Assembly (NCBI GenBank): GCA_051294375.1
Contig: JBJCIZ010000282.1
Location: 397,083-461,082 of the forward strand
Reading direction: 5' to 3'
DNA: 64,000 nt
Origin: Paraspadella gotoi
Lineage: Eukaryota; Animalia; Chaetognatha
Position 1 is the stretch's first letter; each line of letters begins with the position of its first letter. Shown here in pieces: positions 24,514 through 37,883 of the stretch. The translations under genes and the position numbers were made by a program. The notes under the pieces were generated by a model. The model was not told where the DNA came from, searched no databases, and saw only the letters and a list, made by a program, of their open reading frames with translations.

Positions 24514-24557
24514 TTCCACTGAAGATGACATAGAAACTTATGTCGAAATATATGGAA
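24514..24557 (+). ncRNA. Minimal type I hammerhead ribozyme
   Basis: TTCCA-CTGAAGA-T-GACATA(GAAACT)TATGTC-GAAA-TA-TA/TGGAA: core, stem II and stem I (TTCCA/TGGAA) intact. Predicted cleavage after 24552. Confidence 0.8.
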
Positions 24558-25379
24558 AATTTATAATTTTTTTTTTTGCACTGCACTCCATTATGAAATT
24601 AAACTTTTTAATCATTATACTAACAGTGCATGAGATGACGTTAAAAGAAAGATTTAAAAATATTATGTTTATTACTTTAAAGATTATCCGGTACGATGAT
24701 CGGGGAGGATGTTCGAGCTCATCCATCTGGACAGTAGACGGGAATTCTAATCATAATTTTAATTGTGTTGATTATTGTTTCTCTCATTGTATTATTATTG
24801 TGTGCATGCAGAAATAAAATTTGTAGGTTAGTTTCTAGGTTATTTCCCGATTCCCGTAGTAATGTCATTGTTAGTTTCATACCTTTGTTAGATGTAGAAA
24901 CATATGTTTGAATAATAAAAATATTTATCAAAACGGAGTTCTATTGATGTCAAAAAGAGTCCTATTGATGTCAATTAACTATGGAATGAGATAGCCGGCA
25001 GAACCCGCAGATTCGTGAAAGTTTTTATTGGGGTAAACATTGCCTCTAGCTACGAAGTGACAGGAAGTTGACGAGTTTTGAAATAAAGGGGCACCATGGC
25101 CCAAGGGAAAAAAAAATATGATCGTCAATTCCGAATGTCTGTTCGCGCCGGGATGGAACCGCGGGCAGACATTCTCTCTCGCGCGCGGATGACAGGTCGA
25201 TTTCCAAAATGCCTGCGCGCGCCGGGATCGAGAACACAATATGCACCTACTAACACCCTCACGAGATCAGTCTTCAACTTACCTTCAAGAACTTAACATC
25301 AAATTCTATTTATTGTATTTGTTTACTGTCTGTTTATTCTGCATAATCTCCATCAATTATCGTTATCTCCTCGTGTGTT

Positions 25380-25460
25380 TAATGTTAATAAAACTTCTCT
25401 AATTTCTCCTAAATAAACCACGCCTTCTTCCTTCAATGTGGTGACAGGACTGGATTAGAC
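25380..25460 (+). mobile_element. Possible LTR 3' end plus primer-binding site
   Basis: AATAAA signals, then ...CTTCA followed by TGGTGACAGGACTGGAT (PBS-like). No coding region follows. Confidence 0.35.
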
Positions 25461-26957
25461 TCACCACGCCTCCTAAGAGGACCACTCTACCAAATTTACA
25501 CGACCCTACAAAAAAGAATTACGTCATCCTACGTAAACCTCCCAAATGAACTACCCAAAAAAAAATTTTAAAAAAATATAAAAAAATAAAAAAAAAATAA
25601 AAAGAATCAACCAATTATTTCCTAAAAAGTTAAAAACGAACCACAAAAAAAACCACATTATAAGAAATAAAATCAAGAATAAAAAAATTTAAAAACAATA
25701 CCCATTTTGCGAATTCAGAAGTACGTTTTAACGTAGCCTGAGTGCAAAAACAAAACAAAAATCCTTCAATCTCTCAAAAAAAGGCAGATCTCCAGGAAAA
25801 TTTCAAAAACAAAAAATACATTTCTTCAACATTTGAAGCTCATACGAACAATTCTATATTCTCGGACTATTAAAAATATAATTTTAAAAATTCCAAAGGC
25901 CCGACCCCCCCCTTTACATTGGATTATTTGAAAAAAACGACGCCAAACCTAACAAACGATCGTCTACCGGAATTTACCGATGACCATGTGTTTTCTCTCT
26001 GAGCCACATCGTCATGTGACCCAGCATTGCTACCAACCACAAAAGACAAACTTGATCGCACCCTATTTGTAGAATATTTTTTACTTCGTTTCGAAAACTG
26101 ATCTTTTGTTTGCCCCGCATTCGCGAGAAACCAGTCTTTTCTCTCTCGTCCTATTTTAATTCGGTTCACAGACGATATCCTGCACGTTACCGTTTTTTGC
26201 TGCTTCAAATTTAATGCCAAATTCTCTGCTTATTCAACGCCGTTTATTCCAAAGTTAAAATGTATATTTTTATGCTTATGTAATCGCCAAATTTCTATAA
26301 AGTTCGACGTGTATACCAGGTCCGTTTAAATGGTTTTTAACATTTTATATTAAATCGTTGTATAATCTGTTTCACAGTCCAGCGGCTGCTTTCTCGGATC
26401 CCTTTCCGACGCTGCCCTTACGGCTTTATTACGCGAATTCATTATGGTTCTATACAATTGGATANNNNNNNNNNNNNNNNNNNNNNNNNNNNNNNNNNNN
26501 NNNNNNNNNNNNNNNNNNNNNNNNNNNNNNNNNNNNNNNNNNNNNNNNNNNNNNNNNNNNNNNNTTGAATATTATTGTCGTATATTCTGGTGTAAATTAA
26601 CATTCGATGATAAAGATTACTCACCTGTTCCCTGGCTAAAGTAATAAATATTGGACAACGTAATAAAGTAAAAAGGTTTTTAATTTCAAATTAAGATTAG
26701 TCGACGGAAAAGGAGCATATTCAACATTTATCACTCCTCACAAATGGGGGAGAATGAGATCCCTTTTTAAAAGCTAATTTCTCAAACAAAACCCGAGTAT
26801 AATTCAAACAAGCCACATAATTTGTGTGGGAATAATTAAATTCAATCGAGACAACTGAGACGCGTTTCCATGACAACCGAGTTCGTCGAAAGCTGAACGA
26901 TCTTGATTCTGTACCGGAAAGTCCGACGGTGGGAGCGGACCGGTCCAAAGAGACGAA

Positions 26958-27100
26958 TCTGCAGACGGGATCGCAGACGGGATCGCCGACGGATTGCAGA
27001 CGGGATCGCCGACGGACCTGCAGATGGGACTGCAGACGGGATCGCCGACGGGCTCGCAGATGGGACCGCGGACGGGTTTGCAGATGGGATTATCGACGAT
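26958..27100. repeat. 12-bp tandem repeat (GC[A/C]GACGGGATC)
   Basis: About 11 visible units. Confidence 0.85.
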
Positions 27101-27137
27101 CGAGAATCGGGTTGGGAAATTGCAGCCGCAAACGGGT

Positions 27138-28203
27138 GCTCAACTTGTTTTTTTTTTATTGGACGTGGGAGAAATCCCGCGTGGGAGGGAATCCCGTGTG
27201 AGAGGAATCCCGCGTGGGAGGAATCCCGTGTGGGAGTGAAATCCCGACGTGGGAGGAATACCACATGGGAGAATCCCGCATGGGAGGAATCTCGCATGGG
27301 AGGAATCCCGTGTGGGAGGATATCCTGCATGGGAAAAATTCGCGTGTGGGAGGAGAATCCCGTGTGGGAGAAATCCCGCGTGGGAGGAATCCCGCGTGGG
27401 AGGAAATCCTGTTGGAGGAATCCCAATAGGAACCAAGATAGAGCTACAAAATGAGCTAGCATAGCAGGGGAATCTCCACCTCAGTGACGACCCGCGGTTC
27501 TCTGCACGAGCAGATGGTGAAAACCGAAAGATAAAATCCCCAGAACGAAAAAAATCAGGAGCCCGTCTATTGAGCGGCCTGTGCAGGCACGGGTAACCAA
27601 GTCTGTACAGCAGCATGGTTCTGGGATTTTATCTTTCGGTTTCACCAGCTGCTCGTGCAGAGAACCGCGGGTCGTCACTGAGGTGGAGATCCCTGCTATG
27701 CTAAAGTTTCATATTTGAGCTCTATCTTTACTCTTTCAATTTCACTTTATTACTTATTAACTCATCTCTTCAAATCAATCTTTCAATTTCAAAATTTCCT
27801 GTTTCATTTCTTACTAATTATTAAGATAGATTAATTGTTATATTCACTAATATTCATCAGTTTAAAACTTTTTCTTATTGTTATACAATTATACAATTAT
27901 ACAATTATACAATGCAAGATAGAGGCCACCTTACCGCCAGAACCTCTCTCTCCCCGGGCCTTCTCTTCCTCTGCCAACGCCTCCTCCTCCCTCGTCGTCC
28001 CTCCTCTTCATCCTGAGTCACGGATAGAGTCTATGGAGATCGGACACACTCTCTCAAACTTCTCCCTCTGGTCTCGGGGTCTGAAAACCTTCCCTCTCCT
28101 CTTCTCTCCCTTGTTATGTACCCTTGATACCCTTTGTTATATCTGTTTTCCAATTACATTACATTCCTTACCCTTCCTTACCTCTTTTCCCTGATGAGAG
28201 ACT
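27138..28203. repeat. Inverted duplicate of 71-1123
   Basis: Same order of 17-bp array, GIY hairpin, (CAATTATA)n and PLE tail, in reverse complement, with scattered 1-nt indels. Confidence 0.9.
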
Positions 28204-31200
28204 AGATTAGAACCACCATGAGCTAGATACCCATCTTTCCCAGTGACGCCCAATCAGGCCTCTTCCCCTTAAAAGCGTTAATACTAAACTCCCTTCCCCA
28301 GGATTATAGTTGGTCAACTCCTTAACCGACTATACTGAGTACGTACAACCGGTGATCAAACCACGCTTCCCCAACCCACCCTAATTTGTTTTTAATATTC
28401 CATCTTTCCTAATCTTAAATTTTTTCATGCCTATTCTTGTTTTCTATCTTTCATCGCACAAGGTTTGCAAATAAAAAAACAAATAAAAACTTTTCAACTC
28501 TACCTAATATTGTTCACAAAAAAAACTTTTTCTCTTCCATCGCCGGTAAAAAAAAATTTGAAAAAAATCCGCCTCTCAGAAGTGAACGCCAAAGGAAAAA
28601 CAAAAGACAAAAAAACAAAGCAGTAAAGATCACAACCCACTATTCTTTACCTTTAGCTAATCCGGGACATTTAGTGTTTGTACTGTTACAGTTAAAATCG
28701 TAATTATTTCCCTTCAGCATAAATATCCGGGACGTAATGTAATCTAATATATATATATCCCCTTCTAGTTCCTTTACCTTATTATCCCTCTATACACCCA
28801 GCGTTTTCATCTTAGCTATTCGCTCACTCTGTTTCAAATTGAAATTCGTAGTTTGTCTATTCCCTTCCTAATTTGATTCTTTTCCTTATTTTGGCCCTCC
28901 ACTGTTCTTCATAAATTTATATTGGTTTTCCCGGTGATTTTATACTCACTCCTTCTTAAAACCTCATCACCCTGTTTCAGAATTCTATTTTCATAGCTTC
29001 ACTAATTGCCTTCCTACTTTCGAACTTTCTGTACTATATTATTTATACCTCACTATTTCAATTTAATTTTTAAATTGTCTTAATATTCTACCACAACACA
29101 TTTATTCTCAATTTTTTAATCTCCCCTTCTCACTGATTTACTATTTAAACTCACTATTTCAATTTTTATACACTCAATATTTTGACTCACTATTATCGAT
29201 TTCTTAATGCTTCACTATATAAACTCACATTTTTCGATATTCATGCTTTCACTATTTTGACTCTATATTTTCGATTTTCATTTTATTTTGACTTCACCAT
29301 TCAAATTGTCTTTGTTTCACTGATTTTAACCTCTTTTTTACGATCTATTTTCTATCATTTTTCGATTCCATTTTTCTCTATCTATTTTCTTAATCCATAT
29401 CTTATTACTTACTCTATCATCCCTCACCCACTTCTTGCTTGCCTCACTAGATCCCCCTCCTCCCTCTTTCACTGATGGATATCGACTAGGAGCGCGCATT
29501 CTTTTACTAAACCCTCCCCTCCGTTGACCCGTGAGCCGATCACTGGATCTCAGCATCTCTTTTCTCGCGCCTTTTTTCTTTACCTCACTCTTCTTCCCGG
29601 GCATCCTCTTCTTTCTCTCATTTATCCAAGCCTCTTTTTCCTCATCCATTCCTCACTCGAGAGAACAGCTGCGCAGAGAGGAATGTCCATGTCCTGATCA
29701 ACGACGACTCTCCCACCGCTCCTTGCCCTCACTGGGCCCCTCACTTGATCCTCACCCCTCTCTCTTCTCCCATTTTCGGACTTTCCAAACTAAAAAAAAA
29801 AGATCGTTGATCTTCTCCCTCCTCGTTGTCAGCGTGACCAGTCTTCACTGCCCTCTCCCTAAAGTTTTGTCCCTCTCTCTCTCTCTTTTCTATTTCTCCT
29901 CCCTCCGGTAAAATCTCTCTCTAGGCCTTCCTGGCTGCACACTCACGTCTGTCACGTTGATTCAGGGCCATTCAATACGAAAAAAAAAACCAGATCTGAC
30001 TGAGCTCCCTCTCCTGAAAAAATTCGCGCCACTAGTTTACTTACCCCCTTCCCCTCTCTCTTCTCCCTCTCTCTCTCTTTTTCTTTTCTTCCTCTCTCTT
30101 TCTCTCTTTCCCTTTCTTTCCCTCTTTCTTCCCTCCGTCTTTTTTCTTCAAGAAACGGGCCAAAGGATGAAGTTCTCCTTTTCGGCCACCTTTTTGTTTC
30201 TCTCCTGCGCAAAACGTTAATCTCATGTCACATGAGCAATGTCGTTACCTGTTCCTGGGCATTGCGTCGTATTAAATAGCTGATGCTAATTAATAGAAAG
30301 AAAATTGCAAAGAGAAAGAAAAATGAAAAGGATTAGAGAGAATACGCCATCCCTCTTTGCAAACCAACGGGCTCCGAGAAAAACAGGGTCTGTTTTTGCA
30401 CGCATTCAAATTCAGTTAAACAAGCTAAAGACGAAGAGATTTCTTTCTAAAGGTAAAGAGAAGAAATTAAGAAGGGCAGAGGAATATAAAAGGTTAGCTA
30501 TGTGCAACTAACAAATAAAATTACTAACCCACTCTAGACCATATCTCCAAAAAAAGCCCAAGTACACCAAACTATTAAGCCAAATAGCCAAAATGTTACC
30601 AAATAGATTACTTCACTTTTCTGCCAATGTCCTAAAAACGCAGAGAAATCAGAATAGTCAAATTAACTGACAAAGAACAAAAAGACCTTAATCTGTGAGT
30701 TTACCAACGACTTTCAGATGAAACTGAAAAGCTGCACTACATTCGGTTTAGAGTTGATCCAAGTTTGAAAAAAAGAAACGGAATTCTTCTTGTTCAAACA
30801 ATAAAAAAAGCCAAATAGGAAGAAAAAATAAATATAGCATAATGTATAAACTTAATTTTCAGAACGGCTGATAAAATTCTCCAACGCCGTCATATGGGGT
30901 CCCAGACAACAACACTACAAAATCAATTCAGCATATTTAACCACTTCTGTCTCTGCTTCTGCGTCCTCCACGTCCTTCAACACCCTCTCTGCCCACCACG
31001 TCGACCTCCGCCCTCCTTTCACTTCAAACACCCTCCCCACTGACTCTCGCGGTCACGTTCCACATGAAAAGAGTAGGCCTCTGAGCTTTGATTACGTAAT
31101 AAATCAGCGTCACGAAAGATTCACTATATGAGAAAGCAGATACTGAACCATTAAGAGAGAGAAATATAAAAAGAATGAGAAAAAAACATGAAGATTCCTT

Positions 31201-34200
31201 CTTCAACGTCAACTTCAGACAAAGCCACCAAAGCCATCATTGCCTCCCAATCCAAGATTGCTACCCTTCAAAGTCCCAATTCCACTTAGGAAAACGAGGC
31301 ATTAAGACCAAAAAACCCAGGAAAAACGCAAGTCTTCTTCTGCTCTTTCATCCAAGATGCAACTCTTCAGCATCAATAAAGCGAAAACGATCAAGAGTCA
31401 TGTGGATCTTTGCAGAAATTACATGGAAGCGAGGTAAAGAAACCCTCATTACAACACATGTATCTCAATTGCCGGCAGACCTTAACCGGATTCAACCTCG
31501 CCAAGAGCCCCTTCTTTTCTACAGCCACTTCCAAATCTTGCAACCTTCCAAGCTCCAACCGACAAACAATGGCAGAGAGTCATCACTATGTAACATTAAA
31601 AATACAAGTACAACTACAACAACTGGCAAGGAACAAAGTCCGATTTTGTCACAATTATCAAACTTTTTTTTTTCCACACAACTAATTCCTTACCTTTTCG
31701 CCTGGGATGAGTCAGGAAAAAATAATCATAACTCCTAAACAATTTGTCAATAAATTTACATTGCAGAAAAAAAAATTGGAAATCTGAGAAAAATTAACTA
31801 GCGCATTATCCAGTTTGATTGACGACAATATTTGCCAATGTCATTGGCGTGAAGAAGTGCCCATTGAAGTGGAGAAAATAAATTTTGAACCCAGTACAAA
31901 TCTTCACGTGAGTGATCACATGAATCAAACAACCCCTTTATGATGCTTGAATTATATATTCACTGGCTAAAACAGCGTCGTGGACAAAGCAGGAAAAGCG
32001 AACAATAAAAACGACTGTTTAACTTCGTAACAGAAGATTGATTATTACCCTCTGATACCTCTAATACAATTATTACAATGATGCAACAAATGCCTCAACA
32101 ACTGAATTTAAATGGCAGCAAAAAAAATGCAATTACAATGAATTCCAAACCAAGGTTCTCCCCCATGCCCCTTTTGCTGTCTTCAAATTTCTTTTGGGTT
32201 TTGGCAGTTTACTTATGAAACTTCACGACAAAAAATTGCTTCCCTCTCTGAAACCATTTGAACGCGTCTGTTGCTCAAGTCTCCTCCACTCATTTCTGTC
32301 TGGAATTCTTCACCCAACAATCCTGCCATTAATTTGTTGCGTCGTGGCCTTTTCTCTTCCTTTGCGCTCTTGTTTCTCTTCCAGGCTCTCATTGATCTCC
32401 GTTTCTTCTCTTCCCTTCTCTAATTTTGATCAACTTATCTCTATCTTTCTCAAGACCCAAACTACTCTTAATTTTGACTTTTCATGTTTTCAGCGTATCT
32501 TCTGTAGCTGCGACTCATTTCACAGGAACGAAAGACTGCGTTCAAGACTCACCAGTCTTCATCATACTGGTCCAGCCCCTATCTGCAGGAATTCAGGTAT
32601 TGATTAAGTACTAAAGAAAAACAACTGATTATGGTTCTCTGTATGAAAACAAATTTTTTTGTTACCCCTTTTTTTTGGCCTTGCTTCCTTGCCGAATGTT
32701 CACTTTAAAAAATGAAAGCAAAACAAAATTATTTTAATAAAACCCCATACAATGATTTAAGTCAAAAACTCATTCCCAGTATTAATAAGCTTAAACAAAA
32801 GCGTCCACGGCTTAAGAATTATCACACAATAACATGTTTAAACCATTTCTCAATTTTTACTAACTCCAGTTTAGGTATGAAGTCTTTGCCTTTAGGTTCG
32901 AACGAGCTGGGACGGAGCTGGCGATCGCGATGGTTTGAATTGCGTATAGAAACGGCTGAAAAGGTGATGACGACAAAGTACGACTGGAATGGCAAAAAAA
33001 GCGGACGGATTGAAACGACCGGACGATAAACGACGACGTTGGCGACAACGACTGCACGGCGCGCCAGCGATAAGCGACGGCCAATGGCGATCAACAAATA
33101 AAAAAAAATAAAAAACTTCTTTTGCGCAAAATCGAAATCGAACTGACGTTCCTTCCCCTCTTTAAACTCATAGACTAAAATCGTATATATCGTCTAAAAA
33201 ACCTCTTCCCTTTTCTCTAAGCTTCTCTCTCTCCCTTCCATCCTATCTCCTTCTTCACCTTTCCTCTCTCTGCGCGTTTCCCCTTCACGAATTCGTTGAA
33301 GGCGTCACAAAAATAAAAACAAAAAAAAACCCAAAAAATCACTACTTCTATCTGTTATTCTTCAAAAAAAAAAAAAACTCGAAATCCTTAAACATCGTTA
33401 TCTCATTTTCTTCTCATTTTCTCCCCCCCCCCATCCTTACTCTCGCCTCCCTTTCTCTCTCTTGCCGCGTCATCGCCCCTCCTATTGATATCCCAAATCG
33501 AACTAACAAACAAAAAAAAAAAATAATTAAAGCGTTCGCGCGACTCTCCAGCAGAACGGTGCACATGCGCGGCCGCATTCCCGACAACGTTCGTCATCTT
33601 CCACTCACTCGGTTAACCGGACTACGGACCCCCATAGAACCGTCTTCCGCGAAACTCCTGCTTTTGCTCTTTTGTTACCCACTCCCTACACCCCCTCTCC
33701 CCATTATTGATAAATTGCACTTGTCCTTTTTCCTTTGAACTTCCCAAAAGTATAATTTTTAGTTTCTGCTATTAAAAATTTTTACTTTTTAAACTGGAAA
33801 ATATTCTAGAACATTTTGAAATTTTTCCTCTTAACAAAAAGTTGCTTCTTCGCTTGAATAATTTCCTTGTGTGAGGTTTTATCAATTTTAGCTTGCATTT
33901 TTATTTCTAGTTTCACTTGTCATGATTTATGTGCCTCCTGACTACAGTTTTCCCGTTAAGGTATAGGAACTTTTGAAATCTTGTAAAACCATATTTTATA
34001 TTATCATTGAAACGTTTTCTAGGTTTCATATTTAGATTGTGTTTCATCATCTCGTAGTGGGGTTTTTCAATTGTTAGCTCTGCAGTATAGTTATATGGTT
34101 AGTTTCAACATTTTTTTCTCTTGTTCAAATATTTTAATGAAACTGGGTTGATTTTGTTGTTTTTTTTATGAAACTACCTTTTTGTCCAGACCCAATTATA

Positions 34201-34269
34201 ATTTTGAATTTTTCTATTATTTGAAAAAAAATGCAGAAAAAATTTTAGATGATGTATAAAAACATGCTT

Positions 34270-34990
34270 TACTCCTTCCCTCCGAATATTGTTACCCCCT
34301 TCGTACCCCTCCCCAAGAACGAACTCCACCAAAAGCCTCCCCCACCAAGACTCTTTGGGCAAACCAGCAATGAACTTCGTTTCCGCCCTCTCCGCCATCG
34401 CCTCGGTCCAAAGACCAACCAATGAAGGCTCGACTCTAGGAGGAACCTAAGTACGACATCCCCCGCCCAAACATCGCGTTCCACCCCACCAATCCGCCTA
34501 ACCCCGGGCCGGGCATCGCCTCTGGCCCCTGATTCTCCACAAACTCCACGCCCACACACCAAGATGATGGCCGACGCTCCACCGTATGTGACATTCAAGA
34601 CCCAAAGTGGGCGGTCTCCGACCAAGAGAGGGGCACAAGATTAGAGGCTCACCTTACCGCCAGAACCTCTCTCTCCCCGCAGCCTTCTCTTCCCTCTCTC
34701 AACGCCTATCCTCCCCTCGTCGTCCCCTTCCTCTTTCATCCCGGATGTCCACGGATAGAGTTCTTTTGGAGCATCGGACACAACTCTTTCACTTTCACCT
34801 CTCGGATCTCGGGCGTCTAAAACCTTTCCCCTCTTCCTTCTCTCCGCTTTTATGTACCCTTTGATACCCTTTGTTATATCTGTTTTCCTATTACCATTTA
34901 TATTCCGTACCCTTCTTACCTCTTTTCCCTGAGAAGTAGGACTAAGTAGAACATACTTTAGCGTAGTATAAACCCATCTTCCCAGCAATG
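34270..34990 (+). mobile_element. Penelope-like GIY-YIG endonuclease remnant
   Basis: FGQTSNELRFRPLRH resembles YIGQTxxxLxxRxxEH; then RLEAHL...PSLN, followed by the same tail as 71-365 and 27915-28250. Confidence 0.55.
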
Positions 34991-37150
34991 TAAAAGATTA
35001 TTGCAACTGTTTTTTTTTCTCTCTCTCTCTCTCTCTTTTTTCCACCATTTCACTTCTTTACACAACTTACCTCTGTCTTTTTCTCAACTTCAGCCTTGTC
35101 TTCACCAATGACCCTGTCCTTTCTAAACTCTGTGCATGTTGAAAACTTGCCCTGTAAATATTTAATTAAATATTTATTATTATCGTAATTATTATAAACT
35201 TAAGAATTAATTAATAAATTAATTCTTCCTTCCATTCTAGGTTTGAAACAATTCCATTGTTCTTATTTTGGAATTCCGCAAAAATGTACTCGTCTTCTAA
35301 AATATACCTTGGTAGTTCTACATTTAGTGAATTATATTTTCNNNNNNNNNNNNNNNNNNNNNNNNNGGGAGTTTTCGCAGCATTGCAGCATCGGGGAATG
35401 CAGAGCCTTTGGGACGGCGGGAGTAAGAAGGAGAAATGATAAAACCTACCTTCAAGATGACGCAGTCTGAAATGATTTAGATGTACCACTATGTCTGCGC
35501 TTTCTTTATTTGGCAACCTTGACATACGAGTATTTACAATGTTCCCAAGGTGGGAGTGTAACAATAGGCGCTAGCATAATGGTACGAGCGGAGAATGGGA
35601 TGGAAGCGATGATCATCTGTTTCCTAATAATCCTTACTTTCGCCCTCTACCGTTCTTGGTTCCAGCTCATTCTCCGATGGAAGGCCGAATCGTAAACATC
35701 GAAAATAATAATTTTCTAATTTTCACAAAAATGTAAATATTTAATTAAATAATTATTATTATCGTAATTATTATACTTAAGAATTAATTAATAAATTAAT
35801 TCTTCCTTCCATTCTAGTTTTGAACAAATTCCATTGTTCTTATTTTGGAATTCCGCGAAAATGTACTCGTCTTCTAAAATATACCTTGGTAGTTCTACAT
35901 TTAGTGAATTATATTTAAGGTATTAATAGTATAGATTAGTTACATTTGTATACCTCCGCTCTCTCTCTGCGTCCTCTCTGTGACTGCGCATGAAGATGCG
36001 GATGCAAGGCTGCTGAAGTTCCATTGCTGCTGAAATTACGACTGGCGAGATTGAAAGAAAAGTGAAAACCGAGTTAGTTCTTAAGATTCGGCGAGGAAGT
36101 GAAATGGTTTTAGAACAATGTGCTTTGGGCAGAGAGAGAGAGGGAGAGAGAGAGAGAGAGAGAAGCAGGAGATTCTGGTAAACGTTCATCCCTTTTTTCT
36201 TGACTGTCCACATTCCAATATTCTTTTCTTACGCTGCCAGGATACTGCGGTCAACAAACAGTTTTCCGAAAGAACTTTTTTTCCCTTCATCTTTTCCCCG
36301 TTTAGAAAATAAACGTTGTCGCGTCATGCGTCGTGCGTCTTGTACGTTGTCGTTCCAATCCCTACGACGTTTCGAAACTCGAGATCCGCCTCGGTAAACT
36401 CGTTAACCTTTGGGCCCCGTCTGCGGCGTCTGGCGCAGTCTGCGTTCTCCGCTTTATCAGTTCATAATTCGATCCTAATGCCTTCGCGATCATCCTCAAC
36501 AAAGGAGCATCGAAAGAGAATTTGGGGCGCGGTGATTAGATTAGACTGCAGAGTGACAACGATATCAAAAGCTGACAGGGAGCATTTAAATTAAAATAAA
36601 TAGCTTAAAATTTAATTTACTTATTATGGAGTACATGAAAAAATTTACCGCTCCATTTCTGTTCCCCAATCCCTGAAATTATTATTATCCCTTAAACCTA
36701 AACTTAATCGCCTCACCCTAATATTAAGCACCAACCATAAAACCGAAAAAACCACAGCCTCTAACGCTATTCGCTGATCACCAAACTCAAATTTAAACTT
36801 AAAAAATATTTGCTAATAATTCTGGAATTTAAGATAAAATCAGGCGTTTTTGGAAAATGTCCCAATAGTTGATTATATATTTCCTCGTTCATCTTACATC
36901 TTACTCACTGCACATTGTGCAATGCACAAAAACTTAATAACGAGTAAAATGCTCCCGATCAACATCCGGGGAAAGAAAATCCAAGCGACTGGGACGCGAC
37001 CCGGCCGGAAGAATCGGATTCCCTTCATTGAATTTACTGGCGTCGCTGCTAATGTTTAACCTTTTTCCTCTTTCCCTCTTCAGCTCTCTTTTAAAAATCC
37101 CAGAAAGAAAAGAAAACCCATAAAATAAGCGATAATAAGAGAGAGAAAAC

Positions 37151-37224
<74 letters not shown>

Positions 37225-37883
37225 TCTCTCTCTCGTTCTTCCTTGTCTCCCCTGCCTCCCCCTTACAGCGCAAACAGAGGCTGGAAGGGCGTTCGAGGAA
37301 ATTGTTTGGCGTTTTGTCGTTTTGTTTGTTTTATTGTTTGGAGTGCCCCATAGAATAAACGGCTGGCGAGTGGGCTTCTCGAGGGAGGTTCGGTTTCTTG
37401 GTTATTATTTTTTCTTGGCAGAGAATTGAAGCGGCACTCTCATGCGGTGGACGGGTGGACCCGGCTTTTACTTTTGATGAAAAAAAATATGGGTCCCCTG
37501 CCCTGTGATATAATTTTTGGTGTGTATCGCTGGTGTTTCTTGGTCTTTTTTTCTCTTAACATTGCTTAAAACTAGGTCATCGTATCTACTATTTACCTTC
37601 GTAAGAAAAATACGTACAGACGAGACATAATACGGTCTCTATCTGAAACCAGACATTAAAGCACTCTTCCCCCTTTCATATCATGAAATGATAATAAAGA
37701 TATTTTCTTTTTTTTTTAAAACGTTAAATTTAAAAAATCTTAAAGGTGGGGTGTAGCCTACAGGAATTTCATTAAATAAACCAAATTAAGCAATCCTTAG
37801 GCTTGGTCTTCATTGCTAACCGAAATCTACAAAAGTGTTTCTTTTGCGTTTCTTGTTTAGTCGTAGCCAACGCATTTAAGGTA

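Larger units (their letters stand above)
24023..24616. mobile_element. Penelope-like pLTR inverted pair (~225-bp arms)
   Basis: 24023-24246 is the near-perfect reverse complement of ~24394-24616. Each arm holds a hammerhead motif. A (TTCTGGGTTC)n array sits at the arm/loop junction. Confidence 0.8.

Noticed and set aside
28191-28240. Hammerhead at CTGATGA (also 77-83, minus strand)
   Set aside because: No stem II/GAAA follows; at most a truncated relic.
35150-35915. ~190-bp direct repeat (35150-35340 and 35730-35915) as LTRs
   Set aside because: The first copy ends at an N gap; no TG...CA, PBS or PPT; probably an assembly overlap.
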